The notes under the pieces are model-generated. The model had not been told where the DNA came from. It saw only the letters and a list, made by a program, of their open reading frames with translations, and made no database searches. Shown here piece after piece: positions 63,569-64,000 of a DNA stretch of 64,000 nucleotides (the first letter of the stretch is position 1; every line of letters begins with the position of its first letter). Source of the DNA: Octopus bimaculoides (Eukaryota); NCBI RefSeq assembly GCF_001194135.2, contig NC_069002.1, forward strand, positions 27,708,646 to 27,772,645. Direction: 5' to 3'. A program made the position numbers and the translations under genes.

Positions 63569-63683
63569 AATTAAAAGGGTAAAGGATTATCAATTTATTA
63601 ATTCATTAATAAATCAACAATTAATAATTAATAATTTTTACCAAGCCCATCGGTATGTAAGCACCATTATTGGTGGAGAACTT
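1981..63683 (-). CDS. UBR4: E3 ubiquitin-protein ligase UBR4 (p600/Pushover), multi-exon gene, partial (both ends lie outside the window)
   Basis: 29 exons with GT-AG ends whose phases chain in frame. Peptides match recalled UBR4 motifs in colinear order: [59 protein letters not shown]-box [67 protein letters not shown]. Confidence 0.97.
4150..4275. repeat. 34-bp inverted repeat with ~58-nt spacer
   Basis: gttttgcatgctaatgacgagcatcacattcatt versus the reverse complement gttttgcatgctgatgacgaatatcgcattcatt. Confidence 0.85.
5409..5624. mobile_element. piggyBac-like MITE family 1 copy
   Basis: TTAA|CCCTT...AAAGGG|TTAA, 216 bp; shared interior with other copies. Confidence 0.75.
6243..6318 (-). 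ncRNA. candidate intronic pre-miRNA hairpin
   Basis: 21-bp upper stem with one G-U and one bulge, 9-nt loop, and an ~11-bp imperfect lower stem; folds better on the minus (UBR4 sense) strand. Confidence 0.4.
6792..6846. repeat. (GT)n microsatellite; (AT)n, (AG)n, (CA)n and poly-A tracts flank most N gaps
   Basis: Direct reading. Confidence 0.95.
6870..7250 (+). mobile_element. SINE family A copy
   Basis: ggctgtgtagtaagaagc..ctactatagcctcgggccaacc..gtcaaatgattgaaac. Confidence 0.8.
8322..8728 (-). mobile_element. SINE family A copy
   Basis: Reverse complement of the 50625 copy, with internal (ca)/(ta) tract. Confidence 0.85.
9230..9620 (-). mobile_element. SINE family A copy
   Basis: Same consensus as 8322-8728. 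Confidence 0.85.
10014..11325 (+). mobile_element. non-autonomous Helitron/Helentron-like element (interior mostly N gap)
   Basis: 5' end atactagcagaggcacccggcgttgctcggg; 3' end tttggtgaagtcgattt..(ca)n..ttttatatatagtatagat; terminal pattern typical of HINE/DINE-like elements. Confidence 0.6.
11337..12584 (+). mobile_element. full-length non-functional mariner (Tc1/mariner) DNA transposon
   Basis: Perfect 24-bp TIRs (tattgggtcatcccataaataatg / cattatttatgggatgacccaata); TA on the left, CA on the right; 1248 bp. Confidence 0.95.
11523..12516 (+). pseudogene. mariner transposase pseudogene
   Basis: Fragments [16 protein letters not shown] (HTH), [21 protein letters not shown] and HPPY..DLAPSD motifs, broken by stops and frameshifts. 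Confidence 0.93.
15056..15070 (-). CDS. candidate 15-nt alternative microexon of UBR4 (VINMM)
   Basis: Minus strand reads tactaat (branch-like)..tgtctttgttttcctag|GTGATCAACATGATG|gtaagt; frame-preserving, no stop in phase 0. No homology support. Confidence 0.45.
16684..16742 (-). ncRNA. candidate intronic hairpin (pre-miRNA-like)
   Basis: ~26-bp stem with one C-C mismatch and one U-G on the minus strand; ~7-nt loop. Confidence 0.25.
17877..18456. mobile_element. degenerate non-autonomous Tc1/mariner element
   Basis: ta|caaggtggtatcaaaaggttccagaactagt versus the reverse complement of the right end tacgaggtgaaatcaaaatgtttccagactagt; TA flanks. Confidence 0.7.
19155..19369. mobile_element. piggyBac-like MITE family 1 copy
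   Basis: TTAA|ccctttagcattc...gctaaaggg|TTAA, 215 bp. Confidence 0.78.
20965..21180 (+). mobile_element. SINE/RTE-tail family B copy
   Basis: gcgttaggaagggcatccagctgtagaaac..ccaacccatgctagcatggaaagcggacgttaaacgatgatg (RTE-type 3' tail ending in (atg)n). Confidence 0.8.
21813..22064 (-). CDS. UBR4: UBR4 exon, start of beta-propeller ([29 protein letters not shown]...[12 protein letters not shown])
   Basis: ttgtag| and |gtaagc; 252 nt; near-identical to human UBR4 segment. Confidence 0.99.
22847..23017 (-). CDS. UBR4: UBR4 exon ([57 protein letters not shown])
   Basis: ttgtag| and |gtaaat; 171 nt, phase 0 to 0. Confidence 0.96.
23085..23304. mobile_element. piggyBac-like MITE family 1 copy
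   Basis: TTAA|ccctttagtattc...gctaaaggg|TTAA, 220 bp. Confidence 0.78.
24518..24547 (-). CDS. UBR4: probable small UBR4 exon ([10 protein letters not shown])
   Basis: ttattttttttag| and |gtaagt; 30 nt, phase 0 to 0, no stop; sits where the EGCREELQNQ segment is expected. Confidence 0.72.
25047..25196. repeat. imperfect ~70-bp inverted repeat with 9-nt loop
   Basis: Arms align over their full length with 14 substitutions and 1 indel (manual count). Confidence 0.85.
27026..27173 (-). CDS. UBR4: UBR4 exon, UBR-box zinc finger ([49 protein letters not shown])
   Basis: ctccag| and |gtaatt; 148 nt, phase 2 to 0; Cys/His pattern of the UBR box. Confidence 0.99.
27925..28312 (+). mobile_element. 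SINE family A copy; inverted relative to the degenerate copy at ~27370-27730
   Basis: Same head, core and tail. Confidence 0.8.
28336..28406 (-). CDS. UBR4: UBR4 exon, UBR-box N-terminal half ([24 protein letters not shown])
   Basis: ttccag| and |gtaggt; 71 nt, phase 0 to 2; diagnostic UBR4 sequence. Confidence 0.98.
30493..30715. mobile_element. piggyBac-like MITE family 2 copy
   Basis: TTAA|cccttttgttaccatatttctg...ggtatcaaaaggg|TTAA, 223 bp; related copies near 19560-19730, 23480-23685, 45000-45185 and 58520-58700. Confidence 0.75.
32944..32992 (-). CDS. UBR4: UBR4 exon ([17 protein letters not shown])
   Basis: ttacag| and |gtaaga; 49 nt, phase 2 to 0; chains with the previous exon. Confidence 0.85.
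33120..33410 (+). pseudogene. degenerate RTE-clade LINE ORF fragment
   Basis: ..[21 protein letters not shown].. resembles the KxGKAxGPxGIxAEML segment preceding RT. Confidence 0.6.
35229..35311 (-). CDS. UBR4: UBR4 exon ([27 protein letters not shown])
   Basis: ttgtag| and |gtaaat; 83 nt, phase 0 to 2. Confidence 0.92.
36306..36369 (-). CDS. UBR4: UBR4 exon ([21 protein letters not shown])
   Basis: tttcag| and |gtaaaa; 64 nt, phase 2 to 0; matches YLSQKNVVEKL. Confidence 0.92.
36990..37500 (+). pseudogene. degenerate Ty3/Gypsy reverse-transcriptase relic
   Basis: Broken frames give [14 protein letters not shown] and [15 protein letters not shown] (YxDD motif region). Confidence 0.65.
37667..38034 (+). 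mobile_element. tRNA-derived SINE family C with 12-bp TSD
   Basis: Head tggttagggcagcggactcgcggtcataggatcgcggttttgattccc; TSD acccacgcagtg on both sides. Confidence 0.9.
38167..38358 (-). CDS. UBR4: UBR4 exon ([19 protein letters not shown]...[24 protein letters not shown])
   Basis: tttcag| and |gtaagt; 192 nt, phase 2 to 2; AGQGxGH motif. Confidence 0.96.
39611..39690 (-). CDS. UBR4: UBR4 exon ([26 protein letters not shown])
   Basis: ttttag| and |gtaaag; 80 nt, phase 0 to 2; matches ENRQLLQLLT. Confidence 0.93.
39981..40196. mobile_element. mariner-derived MITE
   Basis: TIRs tgagagggtactgaaaagttc / ggaacttttcagcaccccctcg, TA flanks. Confidence 0.75.
40286..40407 (-). CDS. UBR4: UBR4 exon ([41 protein letters not shown])
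   Basis: tttcag| and |gtaact; 122 nt, phase 1 to 0. Confidence 0.94.
40808..40897 (-). CDS. UBR4: UBR4 exon ([30 protein letters not shown])
   Basis: ttctag| and |gtgagt; 90 nt, phase 1 to 1. Confidence 0.94.
41823..41970 (-). mobile_element. family B copy, 5'-truncated, young
   Basis: Reverse complement nearly identical to 44091-44238. Confidence 0.85.
42411..42517 (-). CDS. UBR4: UBR4 exon ([36 protein letters not shown])
   Basis: tatcag| and |gtaaaa; 107 nt, phase 2 to 1; matches SGLDESILEECL. Confidence 0.95.
42578..42810. repeat. perfect 94-bp inverted repeat with 45-nt spacer
   Basis: 42578-42671 is the exact reverse complement of 42717-42810. Confidence 0.95.
43726..43847 (-). CDS. 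UBR4: UBR4 exon ([40 protein letters not shown])
   Basis: ttttag| and |gtatgt; 122 nt, phase 0 to 2. Confidence 0.94.
44040..44250 (+). mobile_element. family B copy, young
   Basis: Same consensus with (atg)n tail. Confidence 0.85.
44585..44775. mobile_element. piggyBac-like MITE family 1 copy (internally deleted)
   Basis: TTAA|cccttttagcattc...gctaaaagg|TTAA. Confidence 0.7.
45470..45560 (-). CDS. UBR4: UBR4 exon ([30 protein letters not shown])
   Basis: ctctag| and |gtaggt; 91 nt, phase 2 to 0. Confidence 0.92.
47611..48003 (-). mobile_element. SINE family A copy
   Basis: Same consensus, reverse strand. Confidence 0.8.
48331..48412 (-). CDS. UBR4: UBR4 exon ([27 protein letters not shown])
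   Basis: tcctag| and |gtagga; 82 nt; near-identical to RNAFANDTIPSESY. Confidence 0.96.
50625..51012 (+). mobile_element. tRNA-derived SINE family A (central domain resembling the Deu/Nin domain), full length
   Basis: Head gtggctgtgtggtaag..ggttcagtcccact (A/B-box like), core ctactatagcctcgggccgaccaaagccttg, tail gactgaagcaagcaaaagag. Confidence 0.85.
52292..52429 (-). CDS. UBR4: UBR4 exon ([46 protein letters not shown])
   Basis: aaatag| and |gtaagt; 138 nt; matches LDAAISKVQVSLDE. Confidence 0.95.
52860..52982 (-). CDS. UBR4: UBR4 exon ([41 protein letters not shown])
   Basis: tttcag| and |gtgatg; 123 nt; follows a 94-nt intron. Confidence 0.94.
53077..53259 (-). CDS. UBR4: UBR4 exon ([26 protein letters not shown]...[22 protein letters not shown])
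   Basis: (ttc)n-cag| acceptor, |gtagtt donor; 183 nt, phase 0 to 0. Confidence 0.96.
53590..53776 (+). mobile_element. SINE family D (CORE-like) copy
   Basis: gaggtcaactttgcctttcatcctttcggggttgataaaataag core; other copies at ~310-450 (-), 1755-1970 (+), 8860-9050 (-), 32630-32830 (+), 46790-46980 (+). Confidence 0.8.
53793..54006 (-). mobile_element. SINE family D copy with 16-bp TSD
   Basis: atttgaaaccaatatt at 53777-53792 and 54007-54022. Confidence 0.88.
54111..54498 (-). mobile_element. SINE family C with 11-bp TSD
   Basis: TSD atatgctaatt at 54100-54110 and 54499-54509. Confidence 0.9.
54960..55500 (+). pseudogene. degenerate RTE-clade LINE RT C-terminal fragment
   Basis: [18 protein letters not shown] and MVRW remnants. 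Confidence 0.6.
55557..55679 (-). CDS. UBR4: UBR4 exon ([41 protein letters not shown])
   Basis: cttcag| and |gtaaga; 123 nt, phase 0 to 0. Confidence 0.93.
55695..55985. repeat. degenerate AT-rich tandem repeat, ~3 units of ~90-95 bp
   Basis: Recurring aaatttcaat..atgcataaataa..tttttgtaa..actat..tcagaaatt blocks. Confidence 0.55.
56251..56330 (-). CDS. UBR4: UBR4 exon ([27 protein letters not shown])
   Basis: ttctag| and |gtaagt; 80 nt, phase 1 to 0; PRFY motif. Confidence 0.93.
57090..57302 (-). mobile_element. family B copy
   Basis: Same consensus, reverse strand. Confidence 0.85.
57688..58015 (+). mobile_element. SINE family C variant (a second variant lies at ~56530-56850)
   Basis: Shares the 3' half gaactacgttaagggtac..ggaaccctcgacgtcgtaagcgacggagtgcc but has a different head. 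Confidence 0.8.
58052..58196 (-). CDS. UBR4: UBR4 exon ([48 protein letters not shown])
   Basis: tgttag| and |gtaggt; 145 nt, phase 0 to 1. Confidence 0.9.
58406..58492 (-). mobile_element. 87-bp 5'-truncated family B insertion with 20-bp target-site duplication
   Basis: agatgtattaataatctgaa repeated at 58386-58405 and 58493-58512. Confidence 0.9.
59414..59516 (-). CDS. UBR4: UBR4 exon ([35 protein letters not shown])
   Basis: ttgcag| and |gtaaga; 103 nt, phase 2 to 0; matches PLILARLLLIFDY. Confidence 0.95.
60268..60391 (-). CDS. UBR4: UBR4 exon ([41 protein letters not shown])
   Basis: tttcag| acceptor. Only the distal donor |gtaaat (phase 2) keeps frame with the next exon. Confidence 0.93.
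60948..61194 (-). CDS. UBR4: UBR4 exon ([35 protein letters not shown]...DQFE)
   Basis: ttccag| and |gttagt; 247 nt, phase 0 to 1; similar to LGVAPFSEGPWPLYIHP. Confidence 0.95.
61600..61860 (-). pseudogene. RTE-type LINE 3' end with C-terminal zinc knuckle
   Basis: Minus frame [24 protein letters not shown] followed by a tail tggtctttatagactgacagatgtcc. Confidence 0.7.
61873..62228 (-). mobile_element. SINE family C copy
   Basis: Near-identical to 54111-54498. Confidence 0.88.
62391..62476 (-). CDS. UBR4: UBR4 exon ([29 protein letters not shown])
   Basis: ttacag| and |gtaata; 86 nt, phase 1 to 0; matches FNHSLV motif. Confidence 0.95.
63395..63477 (-). CDS. UBR4: UBR4 exon ([27 protein letters not shown])
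   Basis: tttcag| acceptor, |gttagt donor, 83 nt, phase 2 to 1. Confidence 0.9.
63642..63683 (-). CDS. UBR4: UBR4 exon, 5' part lost in N gap (..[14 protein letters not shown])
   Basis: Donor TG|gtaaaa. Ends in phase 2, matching the phase-2 start of the next exon (TG+G=Trp). Homology of the peptide not confirmed. Confidence 0.6.
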
Positions 63684-64000
63684 NNNNNNNNNNNNNNNNN
63701 NNNNNNNNNNNNNNNNNNNNNNNNNNNNNNNNNNNNNNNNNNNNNNNNNNNNNNNNNNNNNNNNNNNNNNNNNNNNNNNNNNNNNNNNNNNNNNNNNNNN
63801 NNNNNNNNNNNNNNNNNNNNNNNNNNNNNNNNNNNNNNNNNNNNNNNNNNNNNNNNNNNNNNNNNNNNNNNNNNNNNNNNNNNNNNNNNNNNNNNNNNNN
63901 NNNNNNNNNNNNNNNNNNNNNNNNNNNNNCATATGTAGGAATAAAGTATGCAATTATAACATGCGTTTTCTCCAATCCTTAAATTCTTAAATATACTCAA

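Noticed and set aside
63930-64000. Possible further UBR4 exon (RLEKTHVIIAYFIPTY)
   Set aside because: Truncated by the gap and window edge; acceptor weak and homology not confirmable.

Overview
AT-rich, gap-riddled eukaryotic genomic DNA. The repeat families and gene sequence point to an octopus-type (coleoid cephalopod) draft scaffold; this is inference. There are no prokaryotic operons, CRISPR arrays or rRNA/tRNA genes, and nearly all supplied ORFs are spurious. The whole window lies inside one minus-strand, intron-rich gene, the giant N-recognin E3/E4 ubiquitin ligase UBR4 (p600/Pushover/BIG family). I traced 28 complete GT-AG exons plus one gap-truncated exon by hand. Splice phases chain in frame from ~63.7 kb down to ~2 kb, covering the Armadillo-like region, the UBR-box and the start of the beta-propeller. 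About five expected coding segments are absent and probably lie in N gaps. Introns hold several tRNA-type SINE families, RTE LINE fragments, a full-length dead mariner, TTAA-flanked piggyBac-like MITEs, a Helitron/Helentron-like element and a Gypsy RT relic. The most interesting signals are at the RNA level: a textbook-looking 15-nt candidate microexon and two pre-miRNA-like hairpins in one unusually long intron; many fold-back/inverted repeats whose mismatches are mostly G-U compatible only on the UBR4 sense strand (candidate ADAR substrates or circRNA drivers); a duplicated splice donor; and orphan exon-like cassettes just before the UBR-box. Homology calls rest on my recollection of human UBR4, not on a database search.
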